Program-made: the position numbers and the translations under genes | Notes under the pieces: generated by a model | What the model saw: the letters and a program-made list of their open reading frames with translations, nothing else | Told to the model about the DNA's origin: nothing | Databases searched by the model: none | Part shown: positions 48,613 to 57,175 of the stretch, in pieces | Layout: every line of letters begins with the position of its first letter | Position numbering within the stretch: the stretch's first letter is position 1 | Assembly: GCA_902523435.1 (NCBI GenBank) | Contig: CABYZM010000001.1 | Location: 22,354 to 86,353 of the forward strand | DNA length: 64,000 nucleotides | Direction: 5' to 3' | Source of the DNA: an uncultured SAR116 cluster alpha proteobacterium | GTDB lineage: Bacteria > Pseudomonadota > Alphaproteobacteria > Puniceispirillales > Puniceispirillaceae

Positions 48613-50661
48613 TCAACCATTTAAATATTTAGGGAACCATAGAGCGATTTCAGGGTAAAACATTACCGCTAGCATTCCGATAATTTGAAGAGCAATAAAC
48701 GGAAGAACAGCCATGAATATTTCCTGTAGCTCTATATCCTTTGGCGCGACTGATTTAAGCCAAAAACAAGCCGGGCCAAATGGAGGAGATAAAAAGTAGA
48801 TTTGGATATTCATAACAAATAATACACCAAACCATACTGCAGCCCACTCTGGTTCAAGCCCGAGTTCTGGGGCCATAGCGACAACTACTGGTGCAAACAC
48901 GGGGACTGTAATAAATGCAATGGCGATCCACTCCATAAATGTCCCAAGTACTACCAATATTGCCATCATCACAAACACAATGCCAAGCGCTGGCAATCCT
49001 AAACCGCTAAACAAGGAACGCATGAAATCAGCACCGCCAATGAGATTATAAATGCCAACAAATGCTACGGCACCCAAAATAAGCCATATAATTGTACCAA
49101 CAGTTGACATAGTCCCAGCTAAAGCTTGTTGCATTAGGTGCCAACTGAAGGAGTTCCTCAAAGCTGCTACCACCATTGCGCCTAAAACACCTACAGCAGC
49201 AGCTTCAGTAACAGAGGCGATGCCGGCGTATATTGAGCCCATCACACAGAATATTAGGAAAATACTGAGCATCACAGCATAAAATTTTGTCTTAGACATT
49301 TTCATTTCTTTGCCGCGCGCCTTGGCTACCTCTTCAGCAGTTGGAGCCATTGCAGGGTTAATATTAACTCTTACTAAAACATAGATTCCATACAGCGTCG
49401 CAAGCATTAAACCCGGCACTGCCCCAGCCATGAACAAATCACCAATAGCTACTTGAGCCGACAGCCCATAAATAATCATAATTATACTCGGAGGGATGAG
49501 TGTCGCCAGGGCACCTGAAGCGCAAATTACTCCTATGGACATTTTTCGGTCGTAACCGAGTCTTAAAAGCTGAGGCAGGGCAACGAGCCCGAGCATAACG
49601 ATTTCCCCACCCATAACCCCAGACATAGCTGCCAAAACAACTGCAACTGCAATCGTTTGTATAGCAACACCACCTCTAAATTTCCCAGCAAAGATAGACA
49701 TCGCATCAAACAAGTCCTCTGCGATACCAGCTCTTTCTAAAATAGAGGCCATGAGCACAAACAAAGGCACAGCGACTAGAGGATATTTTTCCAAAAGTCC
49801 AAAAGCATTCGTGGAAACAAGATAAAGACCGCCGTAACCAAAATACGCAACTGCACTCAGGATAGACACAAATAAGGTAACAACACCAAGGGGCATTCCA
49901 GTCATCATGAGAGCAAGCATTAATGCTACAATTATGAGGCTTGCTATGCTAATATCCATGTCCCTCATATCCACATAAAGCGAGGGATCAAATGGAGAAA
50001 ATACTGATGCATATATGCCGTTAATAGACGCAAATACTCCACTTCCAGTTAAATGCTCAAAAAAGACTGACAATAGTCTGATTATTATTAGAGCGCTTAT
50101 GCCCAAAATCACCTTTTTAGCAATCTGTGAAGAAAAATGGCGGTACAGATTTATAAGGAGCTGAAGCAAGTAAATGAATGCGCCAATGGCGAGCATAGAT
50201 TTTAATATCAGTGGTTGTGGGGAATTCCAAGCGCTGCCCGCCCGCTCAGTCATTAGAACAGATTCAAGAGCTCTGATAGTAGTGTCATCCACGAGCAGCC
50301 AAAGAGCTAATATGCCAACTATGTATGCAAGCAAGTCAAGCCACCAGCGTGTATTGTCTGTAGCAATAATATAAAAGACTGTAATCGCTATATGTCTTTT
50401 GTGAGAGGTAATGTAACCAGCTGAAATCATCCATGCTGTAGCACACAATACCATTACAACTTCAAAAGCCCATTGGGTTGGCGCATTGAAAACATATCTC
50501 GAGATAACTTCATATCCAGTAACTACGGCGCAAAACAAATATAATTGCGCAACTGCAAGGCCCGAGAATTTGCTGAAATGGTCAAAAAACCCAAATCCGT
50601 CTTTTCCAGCTCTAAAGGTGTCCCCTTCAGTTTCAGGTAGTAGTGAGATATCTTTTGACAT
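48613..50661 (-). CDS. TRAP transporter fused permease (DctQ-DctM)
   Basis: N-terminal YEV.SRY.FNAPT.WA.E (DctQ); C-terminal AVPLF.LM, G.LATLIPPSI, TEAA..G, SPPFG (DctM). Confidence 0.9.
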   Translation of the reverse strand: MSKDISLLPETEGDTFRAGKDGFGFFDHFSKFSGLAVAQLYLFCAVVTGYEVISRYVFNAPTQWAFEVVMVLCATAWMISAGYITSHKRHIAITVFYIIATDNTRWWLDLLAYIVGILALWLLVDDTTIRALESVLMTERAGSAWNSPQPLILKSMLAIGAFIYLLQLLINLYRHFSSQIAKKVILGISALIIIRLLSVFFEHLTGSGVFASINGIYASVFSPFDPSLYVDMRDMDISIASLIIVALMLALMMTGMPLGVVTLFVSILSAVAYFGYGGLYLVSTNAFGLLEKYPLVAVPLFVLMASILERAGIAEDLFDAMSIFAGKFRGGVAIQTIAVAVVLAAMSGVMGGEIVMLGLVALPQLLRLGYDRKMSIGVICASGALATLIPPSIIMIIYGLSAQVAIGDLFMAGAVPGLMLATLYGIYVLVRVNINPAMAPTAEEVAKARGKEMKMSKTKFYAVMLSIFLIFCVMGSIYAGIASVTEAAAVGVLGAMVVAALRNSFSWHLMQQALAGTMSTVGTIIWLILGAVAFVGIYNLIGGADFMRSLFSGLGLPALGIVFVMMAILVVLGTFMEWIAIAFITVPVFAPVVVAMAPELGLEPEWAAVWFGVLFVMNIQIYFLSPPFGPACFWLKSVAPKDIELQEIFMAVLPFIALQIIGMLAVMFYPEIALWFPKYLNG

Positions 50662-51012
50662 TTTTACCCCCGTGCAGCTTCCTGCAATTTTTACTGTCAG
50701 GGAAAGGCTCGCACGTAAATATCAACTTTGACAACTAGAATTTTTTATAGAATTCCATTGGACAAAAATTTCACACTTGCGCCGACCTGAGAACTTTGTC
50801 AACGTGATGATTAAAGAAGTGAATAAAACCAGTTGTTCATTTCTCAATATCTAGGGAGTAAAGACATTGAGTGCAGACGCAAGAAAAGATCACGTAAAGA
50901 CATATGGGATTTGGGCATGGCTAATCGGTTTTGCTTTTGGAGGCGCAATCACTTATTTCATGTTCGCTGTAGCAGATGGCTTTGCTTAATGAATAAAAAT
51001 CGGAGGAAGAAA

Positions 51013-52032
51013 ATGAAAAAATCATTATTGGCTTTAGTGGCCGGTGTAATGGTTCTTGGGTCTGGAGTGGCAGATGCTAAGACCCTCAAGTTCCAAATTA
51101 GCTCTAAATCAGGAGACTGGGCTCATAATTATTTAACAGAGAATTGGAAACAGCTTGAGGTAGTCACTGAGGGCTCACTCAAAATGGATGTACTGCCCAC
51201 TAAAGCTGTGGTACCACATCGCGAAACAATCGATGCTGTAGCCAATGGGATCCTTGATGGTGACATGAATGCGATTGCTTATTTTGCTGGTCGCGACCCT
51301 GCATTTGCCATCATGGGAGATTTAATTGCGGGTTACGACACTCCTGATCAATACCAGGAGTACTGCATGCATGGCGGCGGCAAAGAGATGCTACAAAAGA
51401 TTTATGATTCTTTGATGCCAGGGAAAATCAAAGTTCTAGGATGCGGCCCCTATGGAAAAGAGGCCTTTGTGTCCACGGTTCCAATCAGAGGCGTTGCGGA
51501 TCTTAAGGGCTTAAAACTCCGGTCTCCTGAAGGATTGGCTGCTGATGTTTTCCGTCGTGCAGGTGCTTCTCCATCCTCAATTCCATTCTCAGAAGTATAC
51601 ACATCTCTGGAAAAGGGAATTGTTGATGCAGCTGACGCATCTGTTTATATCAATAACCACGCCTCTGGTTTCCATAAAATTGCAAAATATCCTCTCTACC
51701 CAGGTATCCATTCTATGGCAAACCTTCAAACCATTATAAACAAGCGTGTTTGGGATAAAATGTCTGCATCTGAACAAGCAGCAATGGAATCTCTAACTTA
51801 CTCAATATGGGCGAGCAAGCTTCGTGATTCACGCCTTGAAGGTCTGGACCAAGTGGCTAAAGACAAAGCGGCTGGTGACCTGACAATTATCAATTGGTCA
51901 ACTGAAGAGCGTAAAAAATTCAGAGAGATTGCAGTTGAATCTTGGAATGCTTTCGCAGCAAAAAGCCCTCTTGCAAAGGAAGCTCTAGAATCAAATCTGT
52001 CTTACATGAAGAAGATTGGTCTGCTAGACTAA
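51013..52032 (+). CDS. dctP: TRAP substrate-binding protein (DctP/TakP-like)
   Basis: Signal peptide; DAVANGILD, GLKLRSP.G, EVYTSLEKG.VDAAD; GGAGG RBS before ATG 51013. Confidence 0.88.
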   Translation: MKKSLLALVAGVMVLGSGVADAKTLKFQISSKSGDWAHNYLTENWKQLEVVTEGSLKMDVLPTKAVVPHRETIDAVANGILDGDMNAIAYFAGRDPAFAIMGDLIAGYDTPDQYQEYCMHGGGKEMLQKIYDSLMPGKIKVLGCGPYGKEAFVSTVPIRGVADLKGLKLRSPEGLAADVFRRAGASPSSIPFSEVYTSLEKGIVDAADASVYINNHASGFHKIAKYPLYPGIHSMANLQTIINKRVWDKMSASEQAAMESLTYSIWASKLRDSRLEGLDQVAKDKAAGDLTIINWSTEERKKFREIAVESWNAFAAKSPLAKEALESNLSYMKKIGLLD

Positions 52033-52056
52033 TTTCTTCTGACAGAATAATTCTGA

Positions 52057-52092
52057 TAGGCGGTCTGTTTTTAGCAGGCCGCCTGTTTGTTT
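52057..52092 (+). terminator. Intrinsic terminator-like hairpin after dctP
   Basis: AGGCGGTCTG-TTTTTAG-CAGGCCGCCT followed by GTTTGTTT. Confidence 0.65.
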
Positions 52093-52137
52093 AAAGGCAG
52101 AATTTTTCAGTTAGAGAGCCACGTAGGGAGACCACTG

Positions 52138-52887
52138 ATGAATAGCTACAATTTTTCTGAGCAAACCGCTGTCATTACTGGTGGCTGTAATGGGATCGGA
52201 GCTGCGGTTGTCAGAAAGCTCGTTCATTCTGGTGCAAGAGCTTGTATTTGGGACATGAATATTCAGGATTGTGAGGATGAAATTGCCAAGCTACCCAAAG
52301 ACACTTGCCAGAAAGTCCAGACAGATGTTAGCGATTTTGAAAGCGTCACAGCTGCTCTAGCAAAAACCAAGTCTGCATTCGGCGCTGTGGATGTTCTCAT
52401 CAACAGTGCGGGCGTTGCCGGACCAACATATTCTCTTGCTGATTATCCCATCGAGCAATGGCGCAAAGTGCAGGCAGTGAATCTCGATGGAACATTTCAT
52501 TGTTGCAAAGTTGTTGTTCCAGAAATGCTCGCCTCTGGTTATGGCCGCATTGTAAATATAGCTTCTGTTGCCGGCAAGGAAGGCAACCCAAATGCATCTG
52601 CCTATTCAGCCTCAAAAGCAGGCGTCATTGCACTGACTAAATCACTTGGTAAAGAGCTTGCCGGCACTGATATTGCGGTGAATTGCATCACCCCTGCAGC
52701 AGCACAGACACGAATTTTTGACCAGATATCTCAAGAATTCATTGATTATATGTTATCAAAAATTCCACGCGGCCGATTTGTCACCGTTGATGAAATCGCT
52801 AATATGATCGCCTGGGTGGCATCGAAAGAAAATTCATTTACGACAGGTGCGGCCTTTGATATCTCGGGCGGCCGCGCAACTTTTTGA
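52138..52887 (+). CDS. Classical SDR oxidoreductase (resembles 2-keto-3-deoxy sugar-acid dehydrogenases)
   Basis: TGG..GIG, NSAG, ASVAGKEGNPNASAYSASK, FDISGGRAT; GGGAG RBS, ATG 52138. Confidence 0.85.
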   Translation: MNSYNFSEQTAVITGGCNGIGAAVVRKLVHSGARACIWDMNIQDCEDEIAKLPKDTCQKVQTDVSDFESVTAALAKTKSAFGAVDVLINSAGVAGPTYSLADYPIEQWRKVQAVNLDGTFHCCKVVVPEMLASGYGRIVNIASVAGKEGNPNASAYSASKAGVIALTKSLGKELAGTDIAVNCITPAAAQTRIFDQISQEFIDYMLSKIPRGRFVTVDEIANMIAWVASKENSFTTGAAFDISGGRATF

Positions 52888-52897
52888 TACTTCATGT

Positions 52898-53593
52898 TCA
52901 GGTACGGGCTGCCTCAAACGCTGCCCACGCCTTTGCAAAAGCTTCAAAGTCAAAGTTGGGCTTGCTAGCGGGATCCAGAACAAGCCTTTCCGTAGCGATT
53001 AATTTTTCAATTGCGTGCTGAAGTGACGGGATAACCAGTGATGGAATGACCAAAGCCCCGTGACGATCTGCATGGACTAAATCACCTTCTTCAACTGCCA
53101 GCCCAAAAACATAAACTGGCTTGCCAAATTCTCTTACATGGACGAAAGCATGAGAAGGCCCGATTGACCCGGCAATGACAGGAAAGCCAGTAGGCAGGTC
53201 ACCCAGATCACGTACAACGCCATTCGTCACCACTCCTGAAACGCCAAATCCTTTATGAACTGTTGTATTTATTTCACCCCAGAACGCCCCTACACAATTT
53301 GGAAAATCACAATCTTCTATAACAGCCACGGATGGCCGCTGACCTTCAGCCATATATTTGTAATAGGCCATTCGCCGTTCTTTAACACTTTCTGCCGGCT
53401 CCTTCGGGGCAGAAGTTGCAGCGATTTTGGCGGTAAGCGCATAGCCTACAACAGACTTTTCCTCAGGAGCAGAAGCGACCATTGTCGCTTTTGTAAAATT
53501 GTTAAATCCACGTTTGCCCTGTGCTGCTTCAATCGCATTACATACTGTTGGCGTATCAACAGACCTCAGAACATTTAATAATGCGTCATTCAT
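52898..53593 (-). CDS. RraA/HMG aldolase family protein
   Basis: DTPTVCNA.E, VGYA.T, WGE, G.VTNG.VRD, GDLVHADRHG. Confidence 0.85.
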   Translation of the reverse strand: MNDALLNVLRSVDTPTVCNAIEAAQGKRGFNNFTKATMVASAPEEKSVVGYALTAKIAATSAPKEPAESVKERRMAYYKYMAEGQRPSVAVIEDCDFPNCVGAFWGEINTTVHKGFGVSGVVTNGVVRDLGDLPTGFPVIAGSIGPSHAFVHVREFGKPVYVFGLAVEEGDLVHADRHGALVIPSLVIPSLQHAIEKLIATERLVLDPASKPNFDFEAFAKAWAAFEAART

Positions 53594-53643
53594 ATTTTAA
53601 TCCTCACATCAATCATCTTCTTAACATTCCCTGAAATGTCAGT

Positions 53644-53934
53644 CTAATCTGCCTGTTCAACAACCCTAACATCTCGACTTACAGGTCCTAGTAGTTTTCT
53701 TGCAGCTTGATAGGCAGGGCTCTCATAGGCGGCCATTGCCTTTTCAACACTCGCGAATTCAATAATAATCGTGCGTTCACTAAGACCATCTTCATAGGTG
53801 TGAACAGGCAGACTACGCACAATAAACCGTCCACCATTAGCCTCAAATGCTTTACGGGCTGGGCCGGCATATTCGGCGAGCCTCTCCGGCTGTGGTGACC
53901 CACGATATGAAGAAACGATAAATGCTTTACCCAT
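53644..53934 (-). CDS. DUF1330 family protein
   Basis: Y...A...F...GGRF.VR, EF.S.E.A...Y.SP.YQ.A. Confidence 0.85.
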   Translation of the reverse strand: MGKAFIVSSYRGSPQPERLAEYAGPARKAFEANGGRFIVRSLPVHTYEDGLSERTIIIEFASVEKAMAAYESPAYQAARKLLGPVSRDVRVVEQAD

Positions 53935-54068
53935 GGCTGTTTTGTTTCCTTATTTAAATCTTTGACACATTCATCACCAAAATTAGCCTTTTTTCAACAG
54001 GCTTCATGTTGTCCAGAAAAGTCTATCAAATCTCTGAACCTATAAAAGTATAATTAGTGATATTCCAG

Positions 54069-55688
54069 CTACTCTTTTAAAATTAGGTCAGCTGCCTTTT
54101 CTGCGATCATCATTGTTGGGGCATTTGTATTCCCAGAGGTGATAGATGGCATTATCGATGCATCTGCAACCCGAAGCTTATCTGCACCTCTTACACGCAA
54201 GTCAGGCGTAACAACATGATTATTTTGTTCCTTTGGTCCCATCCTGCAAGTTGATACAGGATGATAAACTGTATTACCTGTCTCTTTCACAAAGGCCAGT
54301 AATTCGTCATCTGTTATGCAATCCGCACCAGGTCTAGCTTCTGACTGAACAACAGACTTTATTGGCTCAGTCTCCATAATTTTGCGCGCAATTTTTATTC
54401 CCTCTAACAAAACTTGCTGGTCGATTTCTGCTGATAAATATCGCGGATTAATTTCAGGCGACAGTTTTGGGTCTGCGCCCTGAATATGGCTATATCCGCG
54501 ACTGTGCGGACGAAGTTGGCAAGGGCCAATTGAGAGAGCTGGAAAGGGGTCAAAAACACGCTTAGCAGGATTTGCAAAGCTAGCATGAGCTATATGGAAT
54601 TGAATATCAGGACAATTATCATCTGCAAAACGGCTAGCCACAAATCCGCCTACAATACCTGCGGGCATTGTCATGGCCCCCCTTCTACTAACAGCAAACC
54701 GTAAAATTTCTTTTATCAACCCAAATCTTGAGAGGGATGTGTTCAGACTGTCACCCACTGATAATTCAAAGGTCAAGCGGGTGAGAAAATGGTCTGCTAG
54801 ATGTTCGCCGACACTTGGCAAATTTATTCTTGGTTTTATTCCCATTGATTTCAGTCTGGTCGCATCACCAACACCTGACAATTCAAGTATCTGTGGTGAG
54901 CCAAATGCCCCTGCACATAAAATCACTTCCCGGTTTGCCCGGATAATCTGTTTTTTACCGCCAATTTCTATCTCCACACCTCTCACAGTCTGCGCGTCAT
55001 CAGCAAAACATAAGGCCAATACATGCGCTGCAGACAGCTGAGTTAAGTTCTGCCGCTTCTTTACAACAGGTGCAATGAATGCTTGATAACTTGAATGTCT
55101 CAGGCCATTTTTCTGTGCCAGCTGAAAATAATTAAAGCCGTCCTGCCTTTTTCCATTGTAGTCTGCAAATGGTCTATAACCTCTTCGACCTGCCGCCTCT
55201 ATAAACTGATCCAAGACAGCGTAAGTTGTCCGTGGCGGGCTGATATGAAGTTCTCCTGTCTCTCCATGAAAACCCTCATCATGCCGACACTTGCCAAAAT
55301 GAGTCTGTACTGATTTCTTGAAATAAGGTAGCACCTCTTCAAAGGACCAACCTTTATTGCCTGCCTGCGCCCAGCCATCATAGTCTTGTGCTTGACCACG
55401 CACATATAACATACCGTTTATAGAAGATGTGCCGCCAAGGACTTTGCCTCTGGGCATATTCATGATGCGGTTATTTAGTATTTCCTGCTCACAAGTAGAC
55501 AGCATCCAGTTTAAGGATGGATTTGTCATGAGATTTACGAAGCCCGCAGGAATATGAATAAATGGATGATTATCCGCTTTGCCAGCCTCTAACAAAACAA
55601 CAGAATTTCGCGGATTTTCACTTAGCCGGTTTGCCAAGACACAACCTGCTGTGCCTGCACCTATAATAATGAAATCTACATCTGCCAT
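54069..55688 (-). CDS. GMC oxidoreductase (choline dehydrogenase-like)
   Basis: GAGTAG, RGKVLGGTSSINGM.YVRG, YHPVSTC, GNTNAPTMMIAEK; start likely 55688 (frame open to 55736). Confidence 0.9.
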   Translation of the reverse strand: MADVDFIIIGAGTAGCVLANRLSENPRNSVVLLEAGKADNHPFIHIPAGFVNLMTNPSLNWMLSTCEQEILNNRIMNMPRGKVLGGTSSINGMLYVRGQAQDYDGWAQAGNKGWSFEEVLPYFKKSVQTHFGKCRHDEGFHGETGELHISPPRTTYAVLDQFIEAAGRRGYRPFADYNGKRQDGFNYFQLAQKNGLRHSSYQAFIAPVVKKRQNLTQLSAAHVLALCFADDAQTVRGVEIEIGGKKQIIRANREVILCAGAFGSPQILELSGVGDATRLKSMGIKPRINLPSVGEHLADHFLTRLTFELSVGDSLNTSLSRFGLIKEILRFAVSRRGAMTMPAGIVGGFVASRFADDNCPDIQFHIAHASFANPAKRVFDPFPALSIGPCQLRPHSRGYSHIQGADPKLSPEINPRYLSAEIDQQVLLEGIKIARKIMETEPIKSVVQSEARPGADCITDDELLAFVKETGNTVYHPVSTCRMGPKEQNNHVVTPDLRVRGADKLRVADASIMPSITSGNTNAPTMMIAEKAADLILKE

Positions 55689-56004
55689 TATGATGCTGTC
55701 ATGCGTAACTTTAGTAGCTGAACCTAATGCTGACATAAATTCTTCCCAAATTATTTCCGAAGCTTATAAAAGGCTGCTCTGTTCAGTTAAACAATTCCGA
55801 AATAGCCAAATAATTTATTTTTACTAAAAGTAAGCATTAGAAACCAAAGGTAGCTAAATTTAAACCAGATTTCGCTGCGAAAAAACCTACTTCTTGTAGC
55901 AGTTGGCGACGTAATAAAGCGTCAATTTTTGCAAAATCGAAGAAGTTGCGATATCCTGATATGATCAGGTAACATTATTTCAAATGCACAAGTAAATTAG
56001 ATAG

Positions 56005-56397
56005 ATGAGAAACTCTAGGTTAACACTAGCATTTAATGGAGTGATTATGATGCTCTTGGGCATCGCCTTCTGGTTTTTTCCAGAATTATTTACTTTAGCT
56101 ATGTTCCCAAATATTTCAGATAATGAACAGGCAATCAATGTAGGAATAGCACTCAGGAAAAATATGGGCGTCGGCGTTATCTTTATTGGTTTGTTACTTT
56201 TCTGGTGTCAAACCAGTTCCAAAACGACTGCACAACGTCTGTTGTTTGGCAGCTCATTCGGTTTCGGTTTGATGGTTGCTGGTCTTTTAGAAGTAAGGTT
56301 GACTGGTCAGGCTGATGTTCCTGTTCTAATCATCATACTGTTCGCCTTTATGTCCATCTACTCTCTTTTTGTAGCTACAAGACGCTACCAAGAATAA
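56005..56397 (+). CDS. Hypothetical 4-TM membrane protein
   Basis: 130 aa, four hydrophobic helices, clean ORF in AT-rich flanks. Confidence 0.7.
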   Translation: MRNSRLTLAFNGVIMMLLGIAFWFFPELFTLAMFPNISDNEQAINVGIALRKNMGVGVIFIGLLLFWCQTSSKTTAQRLLFGSSFGFGLMVAGLLEVRLTGQADVPVLIIILFAFMSIYSLFVATRRYQE

Positions 56398-56587
56398 GTG
56401 AACTCAAAAATTAACAACCTTGCTGATAGCCAACAATGAGAAGGGCCAAGAGTGCAACAGGAAACTATGTGTTTATCCGGGAAAACTCTCTGTTCATAAA
56501 TATATTTTTTACTAACTCCACTTATTTTAACAATTTTGATTTCTTGGCGTTTTAAATTATTATTCAATAAAATTAAGCAGGTATTAA

Positions 56588-56998
56588 ATGAAAAAATATT
56601 TCATAAAAATCTTTTTGTTTTCGAAGATTATATTTTCTTCTCTAGCTTTTTGTTTTTCTGCCTTTGGCGCTAATATTAGCATCGCTGATGCTACTACTCC
56701 CAATGAGGAACCAGTTTCACAAACCGTGGTGGTTTTTATGTCTTCCGCTCAATCCTTCGATGTAGAGGTTGATTATGAAACTGCAGATGGTACGGCTACA
56801 AAAAATGAAGATTACTTGCCAAGTTCAGGGAGGCTGACCTTTAGGCCTGGTGAGACGGTCAAAGCTATAAGCATAGCAATTCTTGATGATAATGCAGCAG
56901 AAAAAAAAGAGACCATTATCGTCGAGCTTAAAAATACATCATTTGGAACACTTAGAGATAGCCGGGCTTTCGTCTATATAACTGATGATGACAGTTAA
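56588..56998 (+). CDS. Secreted single Calx-beta domain protein
   Basis: Signal peptide, then V.Y.T.DGTA....DY....G.LTF.PGET.K.I.I.I.DD...E..ET ... I.DDD. Confidence 0.85.
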   Translation: MKKYFIKIFLFSKIIFSSLAFCFSAFGANISIADATTPNEEPVSQTVVVFMSSAQSFDVEVDYETADGTATKNEDYLPSSGRLTFRPGETVKAISIAILDDNAAEKKETIIVELKNTSFGTLRDSRAFVYITDDDS

Positions 56999-57175
56999 TG
57001 CTTTTGCCAAGAAATTTGGCGAGCACTTTCCAAGTGCGCCTATTCAATTTGCTGTAAAAACTTTTTTAAATAAGCATCACTAAAATGTTTTCATGCAAGC
57101 TAAAATTCTGAAAAGTAAAGAACTAATAATTTGTGACGTTTATGAAGACGTGCTCATCCCTTTGGGTCTTTAAAA

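Noticed and set aside
50910-50940. Sigma-54-like GG...TTGC upstream of dctP
   Set aside because: GG-GC spacing is 12 rather than the required 10 nt.
50833-51012. N-terminal extensions in the ORF track (also 19484, 15253, 12115, 41778, 43506, 52087)
   Set aside because: They overlap upstream genes or lack an RBS; downstream ATGs with RBS or signal peptides fit better.
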